From NCBI GenBank assembly GCA_035352635.1, contig DAOPYA010000004.1, positions 3,733-67,732 of the forward strand: 64,000 nt of DNA. Reading direction: 5' to 3'. Of the stretch, positions 56,282-64,000 are shown one piece after another. The translations under genes and the position numbers were made by a program. This DNA comes from Candidatus Rifleibacterium sp. Lineage in GTDB: Bacteria; Muiribacteriota; Ozemobacteria; Ozemobacterales; Ozemobacteraceae. The first letter of the stretch is position 1; each line of letters opens with the position of its first letter. Under the pieces are notes generated by a model that saw only the letters and a program-made list of their open reading frames with translations, had not been told where the DNA came from and did no database searches.

Positions 56282-57847
56282 TTGAAATACCTGGCATTCG
56301 ATGACATAGTAAGAAATCTGCTTGTCTTTTTAAAAGGGCAGGTGCCGGCACTCAGCGCCAAAGAGAGCCGCGAAGAAGTTCTTAAACAGATTCAGAGTAT
56401 GACCTTCACTCTGCGATCAACGATTGTTCAGCTTGAAGGCGCGGCATTTCACGACCCGCGCAACACAGAAGATTACCAGAACCTCGACAAAGAACTTCAG
56501 GCAATCAAACAGACCAACGCCAAACTTGAAGAGTCTCTGTTCCTTGAAATGAATAAGACCGCTGAACTCCGCGAAAAAGAAAGCGAGTTCAACCGACTTT
56601 TTGAATCAGAAAAACTCAGGTCGCTGAGCCATGAAAAAACCATCGCCGCGCTCCGCGAAGAACTTGAAAAGATTAAAAACCTGCCCCCAAGTGCAACGCC
56701 CGCTGAAAAATTCATCGACAACGAAGCCATAGATGAATTCAAGGCTGAGATTTCCCGCCTCGAAATCGCCCTCGCCAGGGCCAACGAAACCAGCCAACAC
56801 CTGAAACAAGTGCTCCAGAACAAAGACATCGAGCTGACGCGCAGCAAAGAAGCCCTGATGGAAGCGATGAATCTCGACAAATCCGAGATTTCCACTCTCA
56901 AAGGCCAGCTTAATAACGTTGAGCTGATGAAAAACGAAAATTCCGGCCTGAAAAAGAAAATAGCCGAACTTGAAAAAGAACTCTCTGTGCTTCCTTCCAG
57001 CGAAGTTTTTCGCAACAACATCGCCGCCGCCGATGCCAAAATTAAATTTCTCGAAGCCGCGTTGCAAAACTCCCAGACCGAACTGAAAACCCTGCGCGAG
57101 AACCAGCTGGCAACAGCTCCAGACGCCATAATTCGCGACAAAGAACAGCTCGAACAACGCGTTATCGATCTTGAAGCTACCCTGAAAAGCGTCATCAAAT
57201 CAAGAGACACCCACTCCGGCAAAGTGAACGACAAGTTTGCTTTCTCCCCCGAAGAATGTGTTTTTCTTTTTGAAACCCTTTCAACCACGGCAAACCGACT
57301 GGCCAGCAGTCTTGAAAATCGTGACGTGTTTATGCGCTCCAAAGAGTCGATCAGCATACTCGAAAAATCCAACGCCATTCAGAAGGTCTTCACCGTCGGG
57401 CAACTTTTCGACGGCAAAATTCACAAGGCCGCCCGATCATTCAAGAGTGATTTTCTGCCTGACGGCATAATCATTCACGAAGAATCGCCAGGGTTCGTAT
57501 CGGCAAACCGTCTGGTTCAAAAGGCCATGGTCTGGGTAGCAAAATCACTCTTTACCTGCGGCGAATGCAACAGTACCTGCCGGCCCCACGAGTATTTCTG
57601 CCCCAAATGCGGCCTTGAATTGACCGCCCCCGACGGCACCAGCAAACGCGAACTCCCTCCATACCCTGCAAAAATAGACATTAATATTCCGCTGCTCGAT
57701 GAATTAATAAAACAGGGTAATCTAAAAGCTGCTAACGCCTTATCAATGCTTATTTCCCGCGAAAACCCCGGGCACCAGGAATTACAAAAGCGACAAAACC
57801 TTCTGCAACGTGCCGAGAATCCGCTTGGGCCGGCAGGTGAATCATGA
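56282..57847 (+). CDS. Coiled-coil protein with a C-terminal Cys4 zinc ribbon
   Basis: About 300 aa of heptad-rich sequence (LKKKIAELEKELSVL...). C-terminus: CGECNSTCRPHEYFCPKCGLEL. Confidence 0.55.
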   Translation: MKYLAFDDIVRNLLVFLKGQVPALSAKESREEVLKQIQSMTFTLRSTIVQLEGAAFHDPRNTEDYQNLDKELQAIKQTNAKLEESLFLEMNKTAELREKESEFNRLFESEKLRSLSHEKTIAALREELEKIKNLPPSATPAEKFIDNEAIDEFKAEISRLEIALARANETSQHLKQVLQNKDIELTRSKEALMEAMNLDKSEISTLKGQLNNVELMKNENSGLKKKIAELEKELSVLPSSEVFRNNIAAADAKIKFLEAALQNSQTELKTLRENQLATAPDAIIRDKEQLEQRVIDLEATLKSVIKSRDTHSGKVNDKFAFSPEECVFLFETLSTTANRLASSLENRDVFMRSKESISILEKSNAIQKVFTVGQLFDGKIHKAARSFKSDFLPDGIIIHEESPGFVSANRLVQKAMVWVAKSLFTCGECNSTCRPHEYFCPKCGLELTAPDGTSKRELPPYPAKIDINIPLLDELIKQGNLKAANALSMLISRENPGHQELQKRQNLLQRAENPLGPAGES

Positions 57848-57984
57848 CCGACCAGCAGAACCAACCCCATAGCACCGAACCTGCCAATCTGGCCAGTTAT
57901 CTTGAGAACCTCTTCGACTGGAACCTTATCGCCATAGTATCAGTGTGGATTTTTCTGCTATCTACATTTTTTCTGATTCTGTGA
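57844..57984 (+). CDS. Possible 46-aa single-TM micro-protein translationally coupled to the upstream gene
   Basis: ATGA overlap with the stop at 57847. Translation MTDQQNQPHSTEPANLASYLENLFDWNLIAIVSVWIFLLSTFFLIL. Not in the ORF track (below the 60-aa cutoff). Confidence 0.3.
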   Translation: MTDQQNQPHSTEPANLASYLENLFDWNLIAIVSVWIFLLSTFFLIL

Positions 57985-58078
57985 CGGCCGCAGCCTGACA
58001 GGCAATAACTGCAAGCCTGTCAAATTATTATCACCACCAGATTAAATCCTGAGCCGTGATAGTTGGCGCTCTGCACGG

Positions 58079-61000
58079 TCAGGGTCTGTAATCGAAAAGC
58101 CACAAATCTAAGGCCTGCTGGCCATTCTGCAGATTGAAGACCGTCGTTGTTTCGCCGGTTGAAGTCTTCACAATACCGCGCACCCCATCGGCGGCCAGGC
58201 TGATAGTTTGCTCTGAGCGTGCCTCGACCGGAACAAAACCAGGCAATGTTATACTATTATGAGTTCCGGAAAGGTTCAGGCCCGAAAACCCGTAATCAGA
58301 AGCATTGTCTGAAGAATATCGATTCAGATAGAGGCTGAGTGCCCAACGAGCCAAGGTCAGTTCAAAAGCCTCACCGGTAACGGCTACCACGTTTGCCTTC
58401 CCCGTCAGGCTGCTGTCAACAAGTTTGCGGGTAACATCGCGGTAAGTTGTTCCGAATCTGTTTTCCTGGGCCAGAAAACGCACAAACAAATACGACAGAC
58501 CGTAACTGTTAATGCCTGAAAAATTGGTCAGCGACAGATTTTTAAAGTTTTCCTGGCTAAGCTTGATAAGCGAAGCAGTATTGGCGTCGCCATTGAGAAT
58601 GCCGTAGCCGCAAACGTCTTCTGCGTATTTCGACATTCCTTCATTGAGCCAGACAGACTCGAAGGTGCCCGTGCCGCCCAGACGCTGCTTCTGATAATAA
58701 TTTACCATGTGCTGAAATTCATGAGCAATAGTACCAAACCTTGTTATGGTGCTGGTTAGAGAGTATTTCACATAAATCATTTTGCGTTCATTGCTCTCTC
58801 GCAGCTGTACCCCAGATTCATCACGGTTGTATAAATCAATACCGTAGAAAATACCGGCAATACCCTGGCTCATCGAATCAGTCAGCAAAATTGTCAGCCG
58901 CCCCTCGCCATCTGGCCCCATATCAGGCTCTTGACCAAAAACGTCATTAATGCGCGGCTTGATCAGTTCTTCAAAACGCAGCCTGAGATCAGCAATCAGC
59001 GAACTGGAAGGCGTGATTATAGCGTTATCGGCATAAATAATCACTTCGGAGCCAATCGCAACACAGCGTGCCGCGATGCGGTTCTGAGGGTACGGCGTAC
59101 TGGTAGCGACCTGCCCATAAACCGGAATAAAAAATTCTTCACTCTCACCCAGAGCTGCAGCCGCAACATTCTGCCGACGGGCCCGCAAGCTGTTTTTGCC
59201 TGGCAAAACCATAGATGGCAGTCTGGCGCTAACTTCGCTTTCAAAAAATCTGAAGGCAGAACGCGGGTCAACAGTCGCAGGAATGGACTGCCTCACGCTA
59301 CTGCGCACCGTGAAGGTTGCCGGTTCGGGCGAAGCCACTGCCACGGCAAAAGATTTTGCCCCGGCAATCAAACCCGGAACCGACAAAGCCAGACTCTCTG
59401 CTGCTGCCAGTCGAACCGGGAACGCCAGAGACCGGCAACCTGACGGCACCGGAATTACCGAGTTAACCGTGAAAGAATAGGCCGCCCCACGGCTCATAAT
59501 ATTGTTATTCAGGTCTTTGACCTGGTTGTCAGCTATGGTCAGTCTGTTGAAACTGCCCGGCAACCACGAGTTTCTTGGCCAGAACCTCAGAGTCGCAGCG
59601 TTATCCCATGACCAGGCGCCATTGACCGCTGGCACAAAGCTTAAAGCGGCCAGAGCTGAAGTTTTATCGACCGGTTCGCTGAATGTAACTACCAGAGGGT
59701 CTTCCACCGCAACGTTGATCGTTCCATTCACTGGAATTACCGACAATATGGTTGGCGGAGCAGTATCGTTCTCGCTGTCGGCAAGAATCGTGCATGAAAA
59801 AACCGCTGAAGAAGTGGTGTTTCCAGATGGGTCGCGGGCTATTACCTGCCAGTAATATTTTCGGCCGGCGAGCAGGTCAAGCTGAGGATTCCAGGTAGTT
59901 TCGGTCAAGTTTTCAGCAATTTTCACGGCAGGCGGCGCCATCGTATCGAGCAACAGGTCATAAAAAACCTTGGTGTCATCAGGGTCGCCACCGGCCCATG
60001 CGAATACCGGCCGCACCGGAACCCGGATACTGCCACTGGCCGGCGAAATCGCCAACGGCTGGTTGGGAGCCTGACTGGCAAGGGCTGCGGTCGAAAATGA
60101 CCATACCGGCGAATTGGGGTTGCTCAGGCCTCGGGCATCTTTTACTACTACCTGCCAATAATACAGGGCGCCCGGTCGCAAGGTTTCAGAGGGCAGATAA
60201 ACCTGCGCGGCTGTGCTTTCGACCACTCGTGGCAACGGAAAGCTGTTACCAAGGAAAACGGTGCTGGTAATTGAGTCCCCGTCGGGGTCTTGAGAAGACC
60301 AGCGCAACTGAGCGTTAACAGCGATACCCTCTGAACCGCTCGCCGGGTAGACAGCCACCGGATCAGCCGGAGCCTGATTATTCGGCGCATGCACCGTAAA
60401 TCGCCACACCGGGCCGGCAGTTTCCTTGCCACGATTATCGGCCGCCAGAATTTGCCAGTAATAGGTTTTGCCAAGCACAAGAGAATTCAGCTGCATGCTG
60501 GTTTGTCGGGTTTTAGACTCGAGCAGCAGAGTCTTCTGATCGGTACCCAGAAGAAAAGAATAGGTGATAATGTCATCAGCATCGGGGTCTCCACCGCTCC
60601 AGGTGCAGAGTGTCGCTGGCAGTTGATTTACAGATAAATCTTCGGGTACCGGCAAGGCCGGCTGATAAGGCGCAAAATTGCTTAAATCACCGGTCTTGAA
60701 CTGCCAGATCGGTGAAACAGTCACGGCTTCATAAATATCACGGCTTATTATTTGCCAGAAATAGACCTTATATGGCAACAGACCACTCACCTTAAAACCG
60801 CTTGCAGTTTGCCGGGTTGCCACCACCTTCATCTCACTGCCCTGCGCCGCGAATAACACATCAAAATTGATTGCATCGTTATCAGGGTCGCTGCCAGCCC
60901 AGCGCAGCACGATGCCATCGCTCTGGTTTTCGCTCAAATTGCCGGGAACCGGGTCATAAGCTGCCAGGGGTGGCCGATTGTGCGGGTTCACCCCGATAGA

Positions 61001-61948
61001 ACTGCCCTGCTCAACCACCAGGCGCAATACCGCCCGCCCCTCAGCCTGGTCGGCATCTTTGCCGGTCAGGGTTATATCAACGACCCCCGAGGCCGCCGGA
61101 GCCGTAAAAACAGTAGAGGCACCAGTCAGATTGGAAAATTTACCCAAGTCAGCTGACCAAAGCCAGCTGATCGCATCACCGTCTGCATCGACCCCGGAAG
61201 CGCTCAGACTGATGGGTTCATTTGTTTTAACCGAGATAGCCTGATGTTCAATTTCGACGAAAGGCGCTCGATTGCCAGAAGTCGAGGTGGTTGGTGTCAG
61301 CCTGACATAGAGGTGCGCCTGCTTCTTGTCACTGAATCCAGCCAGAAATGTTGCGGGAATATAGCCGATCGCCTCAACCCGGACTTCTTTACTTTGCAGA
61401 CCTCCGGGAAAAGGGCCAATATCAGCATTGCCATTCAGAGCGGGGAACGCGAACCCCCAGACTCTCACTTCGGCGTTAAGCAAAGCACCCGTATTGACAT
61501 CACTGACTGTAATTTTCAGGTTGTAGGGCGCGTGTTCGAGCACAATAGGCGCTGCAACTACCTGAGTTTCATAAGCACCAGTGAGATTCACCACATCAGA
61601 TCGCTGCCGGTATGGGGTGGTGCCTGAAACCTTGTGAGCCACAAGCCTGATCGGGCCGGCCGGTACATTGCGAATAATAAAATCACCGTTGGCATCAGCG
61701 TTGGCAAACAACTCGGGGCGGTCTTCGACAAATACCAGTGCACCTTCGGTCGACAGCAAAGAAAACGCGCCGCGAATCGAGCCAGGCGATGAGGGTGGCA
61801 GAACCTTGCCTTTAACGTTGGCAAAGACTTTGATGGTCGCGGGCTTCTGCCAGTCGGCAATACCGCCGTCAGTGCTGCCGCAGCCAATTGCCAGAAGCAG
61901 TGTCAACCCAAATAAAAATACGGCAAACCGGCTGCTGACAGAACGCAT
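58079..61948 (-). CDS. Giant surface lipoprotein: FN3-like repeats, Ig-like domain, C-terminal HExxH gluzincin metalloprotease domain
   Basis: Lipobox LLAIGC in the signal peptide. Four to five repeats of about 95 aa carrying (W/R)W(S/A)GxDPDxD and YYWQ(V/I) motifs (FN3-like). A Big-like segment VIPVNGTINVAVEDPLVVTFSEPV. C-terminal HEFQHMVNYY with a downstream WLNEGMSKYAED (Glu as third zinc ligand, thermolysin-like). Confidence 0.7.
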   Translation of the reverse strand: MRSVSSRFAVFLFGLTLLLAIGCGSTDGGIADWQKPATIKVFANVKGKVLPPSSPGSIRGAFSLLSTEGALVFVEDRPELFANADANGDFIIRNVPAGPIRLVAHKVSGTTPYRQRSDVVNLTGAYETQVVAAPIVLEHAPYNLKITVSDVNTGALLNAEVRVWGFAFPALNGNADIGPFPGGLQSKEVRVEAIGYIPATFLAGFSDKKQAHLYVRLTPTTSTSGNRAPFVEIEHQAISVKTNEPISLSASGVDADGDAISWLWSADLGKFSNLTGASTVFTAPAASGVVDITLTGKDADQAEGRAVLRLVVEQGSSIGVNPHNRPPLAAYDPVPGNLSENQSDGIVLRWAGSDPDNDAINFDVLFAAQGSEMKVVATRQTASGFKVSGLLPYKVYFWQIISRDIYEAVTVSPIWQFKTGDLSNFAPYQPALPVPEDLSVNQLPATLCTWSGGDPDADDIITYSFLLGTDQKTLLLESKTRQTSMQLNSLVLGKTYYWQILAADNRGKETAGPVWRFTVHAPNNQAPADPVAVYPASGSEGIAVNAQLRWSSQDPDGDSITSTVFLGNSFPLPRVVESTAAQVYLPSETLRPGALYYWQVVVKDARGLSNPNSPVWSFSTAALASQAPNQPLAISPASGSIRVPVRPVFAWAGGDPDDTKVFYDLLLDTMAPPAVKIAENLTETTWNPQLDLLAGRKYYWQVIARDPSGNTTSSAVFSCTILADSENDTAPPTILSVIPVNGTINVAVEDPLVVTFSEPVDKTSALAALSFVPAVNGAWSWDNAATLRFWPRNSWLPGSFNRLTIADNQVKDLNNNIMSRGAAYSFTVNSVIPVPSGCRSLAFPVRLAAAESLALSVPGLIAGAKSFAVAVASPEPATFTVRSSVRQSIPATVDPRSAFRFFESEVSARLPSMVLPGKNSLRARRQNVAAAALGESEEFFIPVYGQVATSTPYPQNRIAARCVAIGSEVIIYADNAIITPSSSLIADLRLRFEELIKPRINDVFGQEPDMGPDGEGRLTILLTDSMSQGIAGIFYGIDLYNRDESGVQLRESNERKMIYVKYSLTSTITRFGTIAHEFQHMVNYYQKQRLGGTGTFESVWLNEGMSKYAEDVCGYGILNGDANTASLIKLSQENFKNLSLTNFSGINSYGLSYLFVRFLAQENRFGTTYRDVTRKLVDSSLTGKANVVAVTGEAFELTLARWALSLYLNRYSSDNASDYGFSGLNLSGTHNSITLPGFVPVEARSEQTISLAADGVRGIVKTSTGETTTVFNLQNGQQALDLWLFDYRP

Positions 61949-61971
61949 GGCACCCCTTCCGAATAGACAGG

Positions 61972-63453
61972 TTAATTGGTAGCTTTAACCTTTTGAATCA
62001 ATTCAACATTATCTTCGGAAGTATCACGCATTTCTATTACATTCAATTTTGCCTTACCCTGACTTATCAGTGATTTTGCCGCATTATAAATACCGACATC
62101 ATCGGGTTCCTTGTTAAATTCACCCATCCAGCTGAGGTCTATTGAATCATAAGCACTCTTCAGTTCTGCTGTGCTGCGCGAACTACCCGAAGTGCCTGAA
62201 ATTGTGACCTGTTTTCCATCTTCGTCTTCGTAGGTCTTCGAACCTTCACCTTCGGCGGCACCGGTAACAATATCGATAACTTTTACCGGCTTGTCAGGAG
62301 GGGTTTTGCCGTCTTTTTCGGCTTGTTCGACCTGTACATTGTGGCTGCCTTCGATAGCGCGATCCTGGAGTTTCATTTCGTAGGCTTCTTTATAAAGATC
62401 TTTTTGAGCAGCAGACATTGAAGAATAGCCGGGCACAGACTTGCCAAGAAAAGATTCTTCCTTGTCTTTGGTGTATTCGCCAAGATTATCGAGAACTTTC
62501 TTAACGTCTGCCTGTGAGTCAGCTTTTTCGAGGTCTGAGCGCATGCCGCGCACCTTTTCACCTTCGTTGGTATCCCAGAAGGCAACTCCGTTCCAGAATT
62601 TGCTCCAGCCGCTTTCGCCGGTATCAGTATCATCGATGCTCTCGTTCATATCATCTATTGAATCTTTTGCCTGCTGTATGAGACCTTTCTGGGTTGATTC
62701 AAGGCCATTCAACTGGTCATCATTCAGGCTGCGCAATTGTTCTTCATTCATGGCGCCGCCTGGCCCGAAACTGGCATCCTGCGTGGCGTCTTTTTCAACG
62801 ATCTCGTCTTTATTGAGCTTGGCAAGATCAAAATTCGACATGAAATTCTTGTTGGTTTTTTTGTAATATTCGTCACGCATGACCACTGAAGTGCGCTCTA
62901 CATGATACATTTCATCGCGGGTACCGGTGATGATCTTGCGGCCGACAATATTGATATCCAGTTTTGCCTCGCGACCGGCGCGGAAATCTTCATCGGTCGA
63001 TTCGAGGTCACCGGCGCCAATACCTGCGGCATCAACCGACTTGGCGATCTGCATGCTTTCGACATGAACAGAAAGAATTTTGACATCGCTGGGGCTGGTG
63101 CGGGTCAATAACCCGTCGCTGAGACGATATTCAACCTTTTCGGTGGTATCCTGGGCTATTTTTCCGTCTTCGGTTTCTTTAAAACGCTCGAACCTGACGT
63201 TCAGAGAGGTGCCGTCGGCAGCCTGGCCGCCGGGGGCCTCAAAGGAACCTTCCCTGATCGACTTGAGGTCTTTCTGCAAACTGTTTGCAGCAGCACGCAA
63301 CTCGCTCTGCAAGGTCTGGCGGGTATTCGATCTGGCGATTTCCCGTTGGACTCGTATCCAGACGCCGTAAATTGCGGTAAGCAAAATTGTCGAAAGAAAA
63401 ATAGCGACCATAACCTCAGCCAGCGTAAAGCCCCGGTTTCTGTGACTTTTCAT
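61972..63453 (-). CDS. Large (493 aa) type IV pilin-like protein with a canonical prepilin leader
   Basis: MKSHRNRG|FTLAEVMVAIFLSTILLTAIYGV: Gly at -1, Phe+1, Glu+5, hydrophobic helix. A 460-aa Asp/Glu/Lys/Ser-rich C-terminal region follows. Confidence 0.55.
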   Translation of the reverse strand: MKSHRNRGFTLAEVMVAIFLSTILLTAIYGVWIRVQREIARSNTRQTLQSELRAAANSLQKDLKSIREGSFEAPGGQAADGTSLNVRFERFKETEDGKIAQDTTEKVEYRLSDGLLTRTSPSDVKILSVHVESMQIAKSVDAAGIGAGDLESTDEDFRAGREAKLDINIVGRKIITGTRDEMYHVERTSVVMRDEYYKKTNKNFMSNFDLAKLNKDEIVEKDATQDASFGPGGAMNEEQLRSLNDDQLNGLESTQKGLIQQAKDSIDDMNESIDDTDTGESGWSKFWNGVAFWDTNEGEKVRGMRSDLEKADSQADVKKVLDNLGEYTKDKEESFLGKSVPGYSSMSAAQKDLYKEAYEMKLQDRAIEGSHNVQVEQAEKDGKTPPDKPVKVIDIVTGAAEGEGSKTYEDEDGKQVTISGTSGSSRSTAELKSAYDSIDLSWMGEFNKEPDDVGIYNAAKSLISQGKAKLNVIEMRDTSEDNVELIQKVKATN

Positions 63454-63465
63454 GGCTCCCCTCCC

Positions 63466-63984
63466 TTAAATCGCCTCAGAGTTGTAATAGGCATTTCCGG
63501 CCCGTACCACCCGGAGTCCAAAACGTTCGTCTTCCTTTTTGCCCTTATCACGCCAGAAAATCTCAACCTCAAACCAGACTTCGACAATCTGGTCGAGATC
63601 ATTCTTTTTAGCTTTGAGAGTTGCTTTGCAGCCATAATCTTTCAACGAGTCCTTGCTTTCTTCAAAAAAGCTTTCGATGCTTTTGGCAGTTTCTTTATAA
63701 AACTGCGGATGCACATCAAAAGAATTACCACTTGCCAGATCGCTGTAGTGCTTCTGATAGACCTTAAAAGGAACATGCTTGCATTCTTCGATCAGTTCCT
63801 GGGCCAGGCGGGTGGCCTTGCCGTAGTGGCCGATCTTGGCAGTAGAAACCGACCCGAAATCAACCAGACGCAGAATCGGAATAAACGCGATTGCCAGAAT
63901 CGATGCAGATATAACGATTTCAAGAAGGGTCAAACCTCGTTTAAGCTTGGTTACCACGGTTAATATGCCCTCCAGGAAGCCCAT
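63466..63984 (-). CDS. Type IV pilin / pseudopilin-like protein (about 160 aa)
   Basis: ...KLKRG|LTLLEIVISASILAIAFIPIL is a canonical prepilin leader and N-terminal helix. The true start is probably downstream of the track start. The gene runs towards the window end. Confidence 0.5.
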   Translation of the reverse strand: MGFLEGILTVVTKLKRGLTLLEIVISASILAIAFIPILRLVDFGSVSTAKIGHYGKATRLAQELIEECKHVPFKVYQKHYSDLASGNSFDVHPQFYKETAKSIESFFEESKDSLKDYGCKATLKAKKNDLDQIVEVWFEVEIFWRDKGKKEDERFGLRVVRAGNAYYNSEAI

Positions 63985-64000
63985 AACGGGCTGAAAGATA

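Noticed and set aside
56497-57378. 293-aa and 183-aa minus-strand ORFs inside the coiled-coil gene
   Set aside because: They are antisense to a heptad-repeat gene. The translations are Ser/Leu/Phe low-complexity. The sense frame has the C-terminal zinc ribbon and a coupled downstream micro-ORF.
63346-63963. 205-aa plus-strand ORF overlapping both pilin-like genes
   Set aside because: The opposite strand encodes two proteins with canonical prepilin leaders. This frame has no features and spans the intergenic gap between them.
1-64000. Mobile elements, prophage, rRNA/tRNA
   Set aside because: I saw no integrase, transposase or recombinase motif, no phage structural genes, no tRNA-like cloverleaf candidates in intergenic regions, and no long inverted terminal repeats. 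The region looks like core chromosome.

Overview
This is a 64-kb bacterial chromosomal segment of roughly 50% GC, densely coded on both strands. Every recognisable gene reads cleanly in the standard genetic code. I saw no rRNA, tRNA, CRISPR, integrase or transposase.

Content from left to right:
(1) Genes 10983..2345 form a long minus-strand operon: TPR lipoprotein, outer-membrane beta-barrel, HD-GYP phosphodiesterase, hypothetical, TPR protein, trpS, scpA, scpB, M16 peptidase, M24 peptidase. It ends in a hairpin terminator at 2281..2322.
(2) On the plus strand there is an orphan parB, an MBL-fold hydrolase, and two translationally coupled giant ORFs of 1196 aa and 1310 aa (14113..21632). The first has a degenerate MinD/ParA-like N-terminal domain and about 1000 aa with no recognisable domain. 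The second is an extremely basic Arg/Pro/Ser/Thr-rich polypeptide with no recognisable motif. I rank this pair as the best candidate for an undescribed system.
(3) A promoter-led plus-strand block follows: PP2C phosphatase, coiled-coil protein, 21-repeat TPR protein, terminator.
(4) A pseudopilin cluster comes next: a GspK-like large minor pilin plus two pilin-like genes with Ala at the -1 position. After it are two secreted proteins, one of them N/Q/G-rich and prion-like, then a strong terminator.
(5) Housekeeping and metabolic genes follow: GH13 alpha-amylase, RlmI-like methyltransferase, NUDIX, buk-ptb, YifB/ComM, an M48 protease, murC, a tandem M16 protein with a mutated zinc motif, and an SLH-domain protein.
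(6) A Tad-like module is next: a secretion ATPase fused to a CpaE/MinD-like domain, and a fused TadB-TadC platform protein.
(7) Then an ABC-2 exporter, a coiled-coil zinc-ribbon protein, a 1289-aa lipoprotein with FN3/Ig-like repeats and a C-terminal HExxH gluzincin domain, and two more prepilin-type proteins.

A recurring theme is a MinD/ParA-like domain with a degenerate P-loop fused to three unrelated partners: the giant ORF, a cNMP-binding domain, and the CpaF-type ATPase.

All functional calls rest on motif and pattern recognition by eye. No database search or HMM was run.
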